Under the pieces are notes generated by a model, which saw only the letters and a list, made by a program, of their open reading frames with translations, made no database searches and had not been told where the DNA came from. Both the position numbers and the translations under genes were made by a program. Positions 10,242 to 19,886 of a DNA stretch of 64,000 bases are shown one piece after another (position 1 is the first letter of the stretch; the number at the start of each line of letters is the position of its first letter). This DNA comes from a virus (Duplodnaviria; Caudoviricetes), in IMG/VR virus record IMGVR_UViG_3300028048_003164, positions 1-64,000 of that record; one strand, written 5' to 3'.

Positions 10242-12506
10242 ATGAGCATAGTCCTAAGACCTTACCAGAAAGCAGCATCCGACGCAGCAGTAGCCTACTT
10301 CCAAGACAAGAAGAAGAAGGGCGGTGGACTTATTGTCGTTCCCACGGGTGGCGGCAAAAGCCATATAATAGCCGATATCGCACACCGCCTTGGCACACCA
10401 ATCCTCATTTTTTCCCCAAGTAAGGAAATCCTCTTGCAGAACTACGAGAAGATGGAGAAGGTAGCAAAAGGCGAAAGCAGCATGTATTCCGCATCGGTAA
10501 GGCAGAAGAAAATATCCTTGATAACCTTCGCCACCATCAAATCAGCCATCAATCACATAGAGGACTTTGACGTTTTCCGATACGTCTGCATCGACGAGTG
10601 TTTCCCATATAAGCAATTTATAAGCACCGAGCACGGTCAGATGAGAATAGGTCAACTCGCAAATATGTATAAAAGAGGAGAACAGCTCCCCAAAGTCATG
10701 TCTTACAATGAAAAAACAAAAATATGTGAGGCAAAAAGCATAGTGAGGGCATGGTGCTCTGGCGTAAAAGAAGTCTATTGTTATCACTTTAGCGGTAACG
10801 TTCGCATTCATTGCACCGAAAACCATCCTTTCTTAACACAAGACGGATGGAAGGCGATTGGTTTGCTTAAAGAGGGAGACTGTGTCTTATCAAACAAGAA
10901 GAAAGCTGGTTATGCAAGAATTCCGAACAAAGACCAAGTCGAACTTATTCTCGGATGCATAATCGGGGACGGCAGTGTGGAAAAGCGTGAAAGAGCGAAA
11001 AACACCCATAGATTCCGCTTTACGCAAGGAGAGAGTCAATTGGAATATCTGAAGTGGAAAGAACAAACGCTTGGCTGTGACGGAGCAATTTATGGCGGAA
11101 AAAGCGGTTTTTGCGACAAGAACGTCTATTTCTTCAGCTCTCACGTCTTGTTCTTCAAAGATGAGATGTGCTCAAAAAAATATGTCATAGAGCACCTTAC
11201 ACCCAAATCGCTGGCTGTGATATGGATGGATGACGGGCATCTTTCGGAAAGACAAAACGGTGGGACAATATGCGCCGTTGCGGAATCTAGCGAGCTGACA
11301 AACCTTTTCGCAGACAAGCTGAATGAAATGGGCATTGATTGCAGCGCACGCGAGGCACGGAGTTCATTGACGAAAAAAACGTACCACTATATCAGTCTCC
11401 GAAAAAAAGGAATCCAAAAAATGTGTGAAACCATCGCCCCTTTTGTTCATAAGAGTATGGAATACAAACTGACGGACGATACGAAGCATCTTGCAGGAAC
11501 TTATGTATGGGACACCGCTTATAGTCCTTATACAGCGTGCGTGTTGCAAAGAAAGGAAAGCGACGGTAAAAAAGAGGTATTTAACATGGAGGTGGAGGAC
11601 AACCACTCATACGTCATAACAACTGGGAAATACGACAAAGATTGTGGCAAATACCCACAAGGAATCATTGTCCATAACTGTCATGGCGTGAACAGTGACG
11701 GAGGCATGTACGAGAAATTTATCCATCATCGTGCTGACAGGAAGGTTGTCGGGCTCACAGCCACGCCATACCGCCTTTCAAGCAGACGCGGAGGATCGGA
11801 GTTGAAGTTTCTCACACGGACACGACCACATATCTTCAGCTACGTCCTCTATGTATGCCAGATAACGGAACTGCTCTCACGAGGATATCTCGCAGACCCC
11901 GAATATTTCGACCTTACCGACATGAACCTCGAAAATGTCCGCTCCAACAGCACGGGTTCCGACTACGATGACAAATCGCTCGTAGACGAATACAGACGCA
12001 GCGGATTCTATGAAAAATTGCTGAGCCTTACGCTGCGTGTCCTGCATCCGAAGAGCGGAGTGCCGCGAAAAGGCATCCTCGTCTTCACACGTTTCACCAC
12101 GGAGGCGGAATACCTCGTCAATAAGTTGCAGGAATGTGGTGAGTCGGCAGCTATCGTGACGGGAGAAACGCCTAACAAGGAAAGGGAACGGCTTATAAAG
12201 GATTTCAAGGACGGACGCATAAGCGTCATAGTGAACTGCATGGTGCTCGCAGTAGGATTCGACTACCCTGAACTCGACACCATCATCCTTGCAAGACCGA
12301 CAAAATCCCTCGCTCTCTATTACCAAATGCTCGGACGGTGCATAAGACCCTTCCCGAACAAGAAAGCATGGTGCATAGACATCGGCGGAACGTACAGACG
12401 ATTCGGACGGGTCGCCGACCTGAAAATAGGACTTGAAAAAGCCGACTCTAAACAATGGGCGGTGTTCTCTCGGGGACGAAAACTCACAAATACCATAATC
12501 GTATAG
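10242..12506 (+). CDS. SF2 DEAD/DEAH helicase with intein
   Basis: PTGGGKS, DE/CH split by intein, TATP, GFDYP, QMLGRCIR. Confidence 0.93.
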   Translation: MSIVLRPYQKAASDAAVAYFQDKKKKGGGLIVVPTGGGKSHIIADIAHRLGTPILIFSPSKEILLQNYEKMEKVAKGESSMYSASVRQKKISLITFATIKSAINHIEDFDVFRYVCIDECFPYKQFISTEHGQMRIGQLANMYKRGEQLPKVMSYNEKTKICEAKSIVRAWCSGVKEVYCYHFSGNVRIHCTENHPFLTQDGWKAIGLLKEGDCVLSNKKKAGYARIPNKDQVELILGCIIGDGSVEKRERAKNTHRFRFTQGESQLEYLKWKEQTLGCDGAIYGGKSGFCDKNVYFFSSHVLFFKDEMCSKKYVIEHLTPKSLAVIWMDDGHLSERQNGGTICAVAESSELTNLFADKLNEMGIDCSAREARSSLTKKTYHYISLRKKGIQKMCETIAPFVHKSMEYKLTDDTKHLAGTYVWDTAYSPYTACVLQRKESDGKKEVFNMEVEDNHSYVITTGKYDKDCGKYPQGIIVHNCHGVNSDGGMYEKFIHHRADRKVVGLTATPYRLSSRRGGSELKFLTRTRPHIFSYVLYVCQITELLSRGYLADPEYFDLTDMNLENVRSNSTGSDYDDKSLVDEYRRSGFYEKLLSLTLRVLHPKSGVPRKGILVFTRFTTEAEYLVNKLQECGESAAIVTGETPNKERERLIKDFKDGRISVIVNCMVLAVGFDYPELDTIILARPTKSLALYYQMLGRCIRPFPNKKAWCIDIGGTYRRFGRVADLKIGLEKADSKQWAVFSRGRKLTNTIIV
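10599..11678 (+). mobile_element. Intein (360 aa) with LAGLIDADG endonuclease in helicase Walker B
   Basis: Starts CFPY, TENHPF block B, LGCIIGDGS and IWMDDG, ends VHN followed by C. Confidence 0.93.
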
Positions 12507-12509
12507 AAC

Positions 12510-12791
12510 ATGGAAAAAGACATACAAGAAAGAATTATCTTCCTCCGCAATGAGGAAAGACAACTCAGACAAGAGGCGGATATGCTCAGGCAGACCTTAA
12601 AGGGGCTGGAACAAAAGAAGGGCAAGGAAGAAAGGCAAGGATATATGATGCAGGCGATAAAGGACTATCGTGATATTTTCGGCAAAAGCCTCGAGACGTT
12701 CTTCGTCAATACATTGATGGAGAATATAGAAAGGAAAGAAATGGAAATACAAGAAATAGACGTAAAAAACGGAGATACCATATATGACTAA
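12510..12791 (+). CDS. Hypothetical protein
   Basis: Coupled ORF. Confidence 0.6.
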   Translation: MEKDIQERIIFLRNEERQLRQEADMLRQTLKGLEQKKGKEERQGYMMQAIKDYRDIFGKSLETFFVNTLMENIERKEMEIQEIDVKNGDTIYD

Positions 12792-12905
12792 GTATTAGTG
12801 TTTTGCCATGCCGCCGTTAAACCGAATCAACGGAAAATGGAGGCATAAGCAACGGACTAAGAAAACTATTTTTTCATTTTGAGTTTTCTAAATGTAAATA
12901 AGACC

Positions 12906-13250
12906 ATGGAAGAAATTAAAAAACGTATTTATCTGTCTGGCCCGATTAGCGGCTATGACCTTTCTGAGCGCCGTTCCGCCTTCTCCGAGCGGCAGTTGTT
13001 GCTTGAGTCCGTCGGTTTTGAGGTGTTCAACCCTTTGTGCAACGGTCTCCCTTCCACGGCGACGACGAATGAGCATATGAGGGCAGACCTTGAGAACCTC
13101 CTTTCTTGCGATGCCATTTATTTCATGAGCCGTTGGACGCATTCGGCGGGCTGCCTTACGGAGCTTCATGTCGCCACGGCTATCGGTCTTGAGGTGTATT
13201 TTGAGGAGTGCTATGTTATTGATGACTTTAAACCAATGAGATTCAAGTAA
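12906..13250 (+). CDS. DUF4406 family protein
   Basis: IYLSGPISG...VFNP...CDAIY...WTHSAGCLTE. Confidence 0.85.
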   Translation: MEEIKKRIYLSGPISGYDLSERRSAFSERQLLLESVGFEVFNPLCNGLPSTATTNEHMRADLENLLSCDAIYFMSRWTHSAGCLTELHVATAIGLEVYFEECYVIDDFKPMRFK

Positions 13251-13254
13251 TTAT

Positions 13255-13728
13255 ATGGAAAAGATAAAGATTTTGTTAGAAGGTGGCAGGATGCCTTCGA
13301 AGGGCAGTGTGTATGCTGCTGCCTATGACCTGTACTGCCCGCATAACGTGACGGTCTTCTACGGTCGTCAGGTGATAGACCTTGGTTTCCGCATGGAGCT
13401 GCCAAGTGGCAAGGCAGCAATTATCCAGCCCCGCAGCGGTTTCGCCTCCAAGGGTGTGGAGGTGCTGCGTTCCTATGACGGAATGAAGGCCGAGAAGTAC
13501 CGTCTCGATGCGGACGTGGAGATAGGTCTCGTTGATGAGGATTATAGGGGTCGCGTCGGTGTCATCCTTAAGGTGAACGTCCGCAGCAGCGCCACCTTCG
13601 TCATACCCGAGGGCACCCGCATAGCGCAGATGCGCATCGTGGACGTTCCCGAGACGGAGCTCGAGCATGTGAGTACTCTTGATATGTCTAATGACAGGGG
13701 GGGTGGCTTCGGCCATACGGGCGTATGA
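13255..13728 (+). CDS. dut: dUTPase
   Basis: AAYDL, PRSG, GLVDEDYRG, RIAQ, RGGGFGHTG. Confidence 0.95.
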   Translation: MEKIKILLEGGRMPSKGSVYAAAYDLYCPHNVTVFYGRQVIDLGFRMELPSGKAAIIQPRSGFASKGVEVLRSYDGMKAEKYRLDADVEIGLVDEDYRGRVGVILKVNVRSSATFVIPEGTRIAQMRIVDVPETELEHVSTLDMSNDRGGGFGHTGV

Positions 13729-14303
13729 TGGACGTGAAGGATATTCCTGCGGACTTGATGTGCAAGATTCGCAGTCAGTTTGACAATGACCCGCAGATAC
13801 AGCGGCTGCGCGTGCAGCAGGGCGTGCTGCAGAGGAGCGGGAACTTCCGTGAGGCGCTTTCCGTTGGGCAGAATATCGAGCGGCTGTTCTCTGATGTCGT
13901 CTTCAGCTATATGAAAGAGGCAGAGTCGCAGGTGGAAAACATAAATATTGATAAGTTTGATATACCTTCGGAGGAGAAGGAAAGGATAATGACGCTTGGC
14001 GTGGTGTTATTTATGTGCTCCGACATCATAGAGACCTCGGTGATGGACATCGATGATATCATCCACAAGTATGACAAGGACACGCATTTTGAGATGTTCA
14101 ACGACATCCGTCAGGTTCTTGATATGGCGAAGGAAAAGTTGAAGTATTTTCAGGAAAACTCTGGCTACATGAAGGATTTCGCGTGGCCTGACACCTGCGA
14201 CGATATGTACAGGATGATATGCAACAAGGCGGCTTCGCTTGTTCGCAGGAAGAGGAATAACCCCTCTTGGGGACGTAACATGGAGAAATACAGAGAGCAA
14301 TGA
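13725..14303 (+). CDS. Hypothetical protein
   Basis: ATGA-coupled ORF. Confidence 0.65.
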   Translation: MMDVKDIPADLMCKIRSQFDNDPQIQRLRVQQGVLQRSGNFREALSVGQNIERLFSDVVFSYMKEAESQVENINIDKFDIPSEEKERIMTLGVVLFMCSDIIETSVMDIDDIIHKYDKDTHFEMFNDIRQVLDMAKEKLKYFQENSGYMKDFAWPDTCDDMYRMICNKAASLVRRKRNNPSWGRNMEKYREQ

Positions 14304-14725
14304 ATAAGTTTCCTCTTGTAAGGAAGAGCCGCGGCAATAAGTATCATGCGGAGAGCTGTGTCTACAAGGGCATACGCTTTGCCTCGGTGAAGGAGCGCGA
14401 CAGGTATATATTCCTTTGCGGCATGGAACGGAGCGGCGTCATCCATAACCTGCGCAGGCAGGTGAGTTACGAACTGTTCCCAGATGAGTACAGGGATGTT
14501 GTCGTTCATCTTAAGACGAAGGATAAGGTTGTGCGCCGCCGTTCCTATGTCGGCGTGTCATATACGGCGGATTTCGTCTATGAGAAGGATGGTATTGAGG
14601 TCGTTGAGGACGTGAAGGGCAGCAAGGCCGTCGTGACCCGTGATGCGGAGCTGCGTTTCAAGATGATGCACTACCTCAAGGGGATTGATGTCCGTTTGGT
14701 CTATAGTGCAACGGAAAATGTTTAA
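14300..14725 (+). CDS. DUF1064 family nuclease
   Basis: NKYHA...FASVKE..RY...YTADFVY...VEDVKG. Confidence 0.88.
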   Translation: MNKFPLVRKSRGNKYHAESCVYKGIRFASVKERDRYIFLCGMERSGVIHNLRRQVSYELFPDEYRDVVVHLKTKDKVVRRRSYVGVSYTADFVYEKDGIEVVEDVKGSKAVVTRDAELRFKMMHYLKGIDVRLVYSATENV

Positions 14726-14738
14726 CCATAGAAAAGAC

Positions 14739-14954
14739 ATGGCTGGCAAGAAAGCAATAGAGAGCGTCGGCAGGGTTACGGAAACCCTCGGCAGCGACCG
14801 TTTTCGGGTAGAGCTCGATAACGGCGTAGAGATAATAGCCTATCCGAGCGGACGGGTGCGGCTTAACCATATCCGCATCCTTACAGGTGACAGGGTACGT
14901 GTCGAACTTTCCCCTTACGACATGACGAAGGGGCGTATATCAAGGAGGCTGTAG
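14739..14954 (+). CDS. infA: Translation initiation factor IF-1
   Basis: FRVELDNG...[31 protein letters not shown]; 71 aa. Confidence 0.93.
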   Translation: MAGKKAIESVGRVTETLGSDRFRVELDNGVEIIAYPSGRVRLNHIRILTGDRVRVELSPYDMTKGRISRRL

Positions 14955-14956
14955 GG

Positions 14957-15520
14957 ATGGCATACAGTACGTTAAAGAGGAAGACTCCATTGAAGAGGGG
15001 CGTCTTTAAGCGCTCCTACGGCTTTAAAACCGCTCCGACCGAGCAATCGTCCGAGCATGGAGGCAAAACGCCGTCAGGAGCGAAGGAAAGGGCAAAAAAG
15101 GCAAGGAAAAGCACCAAGAGCAGCCTTGAAACGCATCTTGACATAGTCTTTTCGGTCTACATAAGGCTTAGGGATGCCATGGACGGCGGCAGGACGAGGT
15201 GCATCTCATGCGGACGGGTGCTACCCTTTGAGATGATGCAGTGCGGGCATTACTTCGGGCGGTCGAACATGGCTACGAGGTGGGACGAGCATAACTGTTC
15301 CTCCGAGTGTTCCGTCTGCAACTGCTCCGATGCCAATCATCTCGAGGGCTACACGGCGCATTTGAAACAGAAAATAGGAGAGAAGGCTTATGACGACCTC
15401 TGCGCACGCGCTCACGGCGCAAGGAAATGGAGCGGTGACGAGCTGCGTGAAATGATAAGACATTATACCGCAGAGGCAAGAAGGCTGAGTAAGGAGAAAG
15501 GGATAAAGGTTAGGATATGA
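14957..15520 (+). CDS. ninG: NinG/Rap-like protein
   Basis: FSVYIRLRD...CISCG...QCGHY...C..CN. Confidence 0.85.
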   Translation: MAYSTLKRKTPLKRGVFKRSYGFKTAPTEQSSEHGGKTPSGAKERAKKARKSTKSSLETHLDIVFSVYIRLRDAMDGGRTRCISCGRVLPFEMMQCGHYFGRSNMATRWDEHNCSSECSVCNCSDANHLEGYTAHLKQKIGEKAYDDLCARAHGARKWSGDELREMIRHYTAEARRLSKEKGIKVRI

Positions 15521-16212
15521 GAAGGTTTCCGGGAAAAATTCTACGCGGCGGCAGGAACGGCAGCGAGGTCTTGCTCAGTGAGGAACAGGAGCGCTGGCTG
15601 AAGAGATGGTTTCCAGTGACGGAGAATGCCCGTCTGGCGAAAGCCATGGGTATCAGTATCTATGCCGTCCGCAGCCATGCAAGGCGGCTTGGCGTGTCTT
15701 CCAAGAGCGATGAAGGGATGAAGGCCATCAACATGCGCAGGGGCAGGGTTGCGGCGAGGACGAATGAAAGGAACGGCTGCTATGAGAGGAAACGGGGCCA
15801 TCCCGTGAGCGAGGCTACCCTTGATGGCGTGCGCAGGCGGTGGGAGAGATTCCATAAAGGAGAGGGCGAATCGGCGATGGCGAAGCTAAGGCGCACGGAC
15901 TTTGAGAGATACAAGGAGAACCTGCGCTTGAGGAGCGTACAAAGAAAGGAGATGATCCACATGGAGAAGCTGCGTGTCATATATGGACTGAATAGGAAGA
16001 CGAACCTGAAGGCTGTCGTCATGAAACCATTCACGAGAAGCCAGACGCAGCACAGGCACAGTGCCCTTAACAGGGGGTATCTCCTTGCGGAAGACTGCTC
16101 CGAGGGGACAAGGGACAGATATACCATCTTTTATGATGACGAAACTCAGCGCAGCAAGAGGTTCGAGGAAAACTGCATAAAGGACGGATTTACGATAAAG
16201 AAAGATGAATAG
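15517..16212 (+). CDS. Hypothetical protein with N-terminal HTH
   Basis: NARLAKAMGISIYAVRSHARRLG. Confidence 0.6.
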   Translation: MRRFPGKILRGGRNGSEVLLSEEQERWLKRWFPVTENARLAKAMGISIYAVRSHARRLGVSSKSDEGMKAINMRRGRVAARTNERNGCYERKRGHPVSEATLDGVRRRWERFHKGEGESAMAKLRRTDFERYKENLRLRSVQRKEMIHMEKLRVIYGLNRKTNLKAVVMKPFTRSQTQHRHSALNRGYLLAEDCSEGTRDRYTIFYDDETQRSKRFEENCIKDGFTIKKDE

Positions 16213-16286
16213 TATGGGAGGAAGAAAGGAAACGGTTCAGCATCCCCGTTTCTGAGGTTTAGTAATCAACAGAAAGAAATACAGAT

Positions 16287-16982
16287 ATGCAACGAATAGA
16301 CCACAAGGATGTTGACGGCAAAGAGCATAAATGGTGCGGGCGGTGCAAACGCTGGCTACCGTTGGACAACTTCAACAAAAACAGGGTCAAGTGGGACGGA
16401 CTGCAAGAACGGTGCAAGGAGTGTAAATCACGCCATCATCAGAAGAGAAAAGGACTTTATGCTGGATTAAGAGAAGGCAGAACCCTTTTTGGAAACGTGG
16501 AAGAACAATGGCGTGATTGCGCAGAACATGCCAACTATGAGGTCAGTTCTTTCGGAAGAATCAGAAACAAGACAACTCTTCTGATTAGGGAACAGGTTAA
16601 GTCTAAGAATGGTTATATGACCGTAATGTTTGTCTTGAACGGAAAAAGTACACTTTTTTACGTTCACAGGCTGGTTGCATCAGCTTTTATCGACAACCCC
16701 GAGAATTATGACACTGTCAACCATAAAGACCACAACCGACAGAATAATTGTGTGTGGAATTTAGAGTGGTGTTCCATGAAAGAAAATATACAACACGGAG
16801 TAGGTAAAGTAATATATGCTTACGACGCAGAACAAAAACTGATAGGTTGTTTTAAGTCGATGCGTGATGCTGAAATGCACTACTCAATCAGCCATAGCCG
16901 TATTACACAAGGAGGATATTTGGATAGTGGAAAATGTATAAAAGGAGTCTATTTTTACAGTAAAAAGAGATATGAGCAATAG
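16287..16982 (+). CDS. Zn-finger/NUMOD4-HNH endonuclease
   Basis: CGRC..CKEC; YEVSSFGRI; VHRLVA...VNHKDHNRQNN...NLEW. Confidence 0.9.
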   Translation: MQRIDHKDVDGKEHKWCGRCKRWLPLDNFNKNRVKWDGLQERCKECKSRHHQKRKGLYAGLREGRTLFGNVEEQWRDCAEHANYEVSSFGRIRNKTTLLIREQVKSKNGYMTVMFVLNGKSTLFYVHRLVASAFIDNPENYDTVNHKDHNRQNNCVWNLEWCSMKENIQHGVGKVIYAYDAEQKLIGCFKSMRDAEMHYSISHSRITQGGYLDSGKCIKGVYFYSKKRYEQ

Positions 16983-17418
16983 AGTAGATCATCCATCTTA
17001 TTATCAGCTGGAAAATGGTATAGAAATAATTGATATAATTCGCTACTACACATGTGATATAGCGAATGCCATGAAATATATATCGCGTGCAGGTCTTAAG
17101 GGCGAGCAGGGGCTTACCATTCGTGAAAAGGAAATCGAGGACTGCAACAATGCTATCTGGTACCTGCGTGATTACTTGAGGAATGGCATAAGGCTGTCGA
17201 GGAAGACGGTCGTTGCGCTGCCCGCCCATCCTTGCGGCTTTGACTGTGAGGACATCGCATCGTGCTACTGCGAGGAGATAGCGATGGCGTTCCGCCTTCT
17301 TTGGTACGTAGGGCTCGTCGTGAATGGCGTCCTCATAAGACCGAGATGTGAGATGACGATGGTGCTGAAGGCCATAAGAAATATTGAGCGGCATATAGAA
17401 ATAATATCCCAATGGTGA
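16972..17418 (+). CDS. DUF3310 family protein
   Basis: VDHPSYY...IEIID...NAMKYISRAGLK...AIWYL. Confidence 0.85.
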   Translation: MSNRVDHPSYYQLENGIEIIDIIRYYTCDIANAMKYISRAGLKGEQGLTIREKEIEDCNNAIWYLRDYLRNGIRLSRKTVVALPAHPCGFDCEDIASCYCEEIAMAFRLLWYVGLVVNGVLIRPRCEMTMVLKAIRNIERHIEIISQW

Positions 17419-17442
17419 ACTGAGGTCTTTCCCTTGGTTTTT

Positions 17443-17874
17443 TCAGTCTTCTCCGTCGTCCCCCTTGTAGATGGGGGTATTGTCCTTGATGCCCTGCTCG
17501 TTGCGGCGGTATGGGTTGTAGCCTTCCGCGCCTTCGTTGTAGAGGTTGTCGAAAGCACGCTCCTTCCTCTTGCGCTCACGTTCTGCGTCTTCATACCTCC
17601 TGCGTTCTTCCGTCGGGGTATTCCAGTCTGCGAGCATTGCCTTTAGGATGTCGTCGGCAGGTCTTATCATCGTGTTCCTTCCGTTGACCTCGCCGAGTGC
17701 TATAAGCCATTCGCCTCTTAAGTTCTTGAACAGGTTTGCTCTTGCGTTCCTTAGTCCGAGTTTCTCGACAGTCACGAATACGTCAAATCCGCAAACTCCA
17801 TATTTCTCTGTACGGATGCTTATAGGCATGCCTGCAGCGTTCGTGTAGGAATAGTGGTTTATTGTCTTCTCCAT
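17443..17874 (-). CDS. Hypothetical protein with own promoter
   Basis: YDNLYNEG-like tail (FDNLYNEGAEGYNPY); TACCTTTG on minus strand at 17899-17906. Confidence 0.7.
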   Translation of the reverse strand: MEKTINHYSYTNAAGMPISIRTEKYGVCGFDVFVTVEKLGLRNARANLFKNLRGEWLIALGEVNGRNTMIRPADDILKAMLADWNTPTEERRRYEDAERERKRKERAFDNLYNEGAEGYNPYRRNEQGIKDNTPIYKGDDGED

Positions 17875-18195
17875 ATTTTCTTTATCGATTATCCGATACA
17901 AAGGTACGAATATTTTTTCAAAAGACGCAAGCTTTTATCAAAATATAAGAATTTATATATTTTAGTATGCGTGGATATGCAATATATGACATTTAATTCA
18001 TTTTAGCACTTTGTGTCTTGCATATTTCGCATATTGGTTTTATCTTTGCACCCACGGGGAGAACGTGAAAGGGAATTCACTTTTCTCTTTTAACTTGTAT
18101 GGGATAGGTGGAGTTTGCAGCCCACCGACAAGGGTCTAACATACGCTCACCCTTCCCATACATTTATATTCTGAGCGTAATATTTTTTTGAGTGT

Positions 18196-19140
18196 ATGGA
18201 AAAAGAATCTTTTGTGTTTCACAAAGACTGGTATGATGCCGTCAAAGACCTTGACGACAACATACGTCTTGAAGTTTATGACTCCATTATGCATAGTGTT
18301 TATAATGGAAAAATGAAAGAAATATCACCGATGGCACAGATGGCATTAAGTTTTATCCTTCCGCATATCGAGCGTGACAGGGAGAAATACAATACTATCA
18401 AGCTGCGAAGAAGTGAGGCTGGGAGAAGACACCGTGGCAATCAGTATTCAAGGTTGGAACAAAATGGAACAAATGGAACAAATGGAACAAGTGTTCCAAA
18501 TTTGGAACAAATGGAACAAAATGGAACAAATGGAACAAATGGAACAAGTGTTCCAAATTTGGAACAAATGGAACAAAATGGAACAAATGGAACTGTTAGT
18601 GTAAGTGTAAGTGATAGTGTAAGTGTAAGTGATAGTGTAAGTGTAAGTGATAGTGTAAGTGTATCTAAAGGTACTAAAGTACCTATGTTAGATAAAAAAA
18701 ATAATATTATTATCCCCCCTACCCCCCAAGGGGAGGAAAAAGAAATTCTTCTTGCGAAGTTCGCTGAAATGGAGGAAAGACAGAAGGCTCTTGAGGAACA
18801 GAATGCCGAGTTGAAGGAAAAGTTAGAAAACGCCAAGAAGAAAAATAATGATATCGACCTTTCCATTGTTTCCGAGGAAATGAAGCCAGTTGTAGAGGAG
18901 TGGCTTGCATACAAGAGACAGAAACGGCAAGGTTATAAGCCAATGGGGTTCGTCAAGTTTTACAACAAGTTTATGAAAGATTGCGGCGGCGATGTGTCCG
19001 TTGCAAAGAAAATGGTAGAATTTTCCATAGCGAATAATTACGACGGCCTGTTCAAGCCAAAGGGAGGCTATCGGGAACTGCCTGGGCAAGTAATACGTGA
19101 AGAAAATTTGGATTTCAATAAAGGTTTTTTCGGATTATGA
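18196..19140 (+). CDS. Replication initiator (DUF6291-like N-terminus)
   Basis: KESFVFHKDW N-terminus, internal repeats, EWLAYK...SIANNY.GLF C-terminus; upstream of DnaC-like ATPase. Confidence 0.8.
   Translation: MEKESFVFHKDWYDAVKDLDDNIRLEVYDSIMHSVYNGKMKEISPMAQMALSFILPHIERDREKYNTIKLRRSEAGRRHRGNQYSRLEQNGTNGTNGTSVPNLEQMEQNGTNGTNGTSVPNLEQMEQNGTNGTVSVSVSDSVSVSDSVSVSDSVSVSKGTKVPMLDKKNNIIIPPTPQGEEKEILLAKFAEMEERQKALEEQNAELKEKLENAKKKNNDIDLSIVSEEMKPVVEEWLAYKRQKRQGYKPMGFVKFYNKFMKDCGGDVSVAKKMVEFSIANNYDGLFKPKGGYRELPGQVIREENLDFNKGFFGL
18454..18660 (+). repeat. Iteron-like repeats, probable replication origin
   Basis: About 13 GGAAC(AAAT) units in a 57-bp higher-order repeat, then (gtaagtgtaagtgatagt)x3. 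Confidence 0.8.
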
Positions 19141-19886
19141 TATTTGGAGAAAGAAAGACGATGCCACGTGTGGCGGTAGAAAACGCAAAGGTTTTGCTGC
19201 GTGACGGACTGACCCACTATTTGGGAGGAGTACCAAAATGGCAGGATGCCTATGACGAGGTGGCGGATTGGTTGAGTGACAACAAGGGGAAGGGACTCCT
19301 AACCTCCGGCGGCATGGGCTTGGGAAAGACGAGAATATGCCTTGATGTGATTCCCGACATTCTCCGCAGCATAGGTATAGAGCCTTTCTGCGTAAGCGCA
19401 TACGCTATGAGTTTCGGGGCGTACAAGGAAATGACCCGTTTCAGGGCTGTCGTAATAGACGATGTCGGAACAGAGGATATTGCCTCATTCTATGGCGAGC
19501 GCCACGATTTGTTCAAAGAGATTGTAGACCAAGCAGAGCGAAAGGGAATCATGCTCATCGTTACTACGAATTTGGACGGGAAGGCGCTCAACGAAAGGTA
19601 TGGCTCACGTACCGTTTCACGGCTCTTTGAACTGGTGAGACCTGTAAGATTTGAGGGACAGAGCCTGCGCGGGATGAAAATAGAACAGCCTTCTTATGCC
19701 TACGGGATACGTTTTGACACGTTGGAAGAGGCGGACAGATTCGCGGATGAGCAGGATGCCATACGTGATGGAATAGAAAACGGATCAATAAGTCTGTTTG
19801 ACGACTGGGCGCAGGATGCCTATGAGATGCATGAGGCACTTTCCCTCGTCGACGGCATGGCATACAAATACGGGAGAAAATCATGA
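19137..19886 (+). CDS. DnaC/IstB-like ATPase
   Basis: GGMGLGKT, VIDDVGTE, TTNL, YGSRTVSRL. Confidence 0.85.
   Translation: MIFGERKTMPRVAVENAKVLLRDGLTHYLGGVPKWQDAYDEVADWLSDNKGKGLLTSGGMGLGKTRICLDVIPDILRSIGIEPFCVSAYAMSFGAYKEMTRFRAVVIDDVGTEDIASFYGERHDLFKEIVDQAERKGIMLIVTTNLDGKALNERYGSRTVSRLFELVRPVRFEGQSLRGMKIEQPSYAYGIRFDTLEEADRFADEQDAIRDGIENGSISLFDDWAQDAYEMHEALSLVDGMAYKYGRKS

Noticed and set aside
18374-18604. MEQMEQ repeat ORFs in alternative frames
   Set aside because: By-product of stop-free iteron repeats
18454-18660. Possible CRISPR array
   Set aside because: No unique spacers; repeats are in frame within a gene; no cas genes
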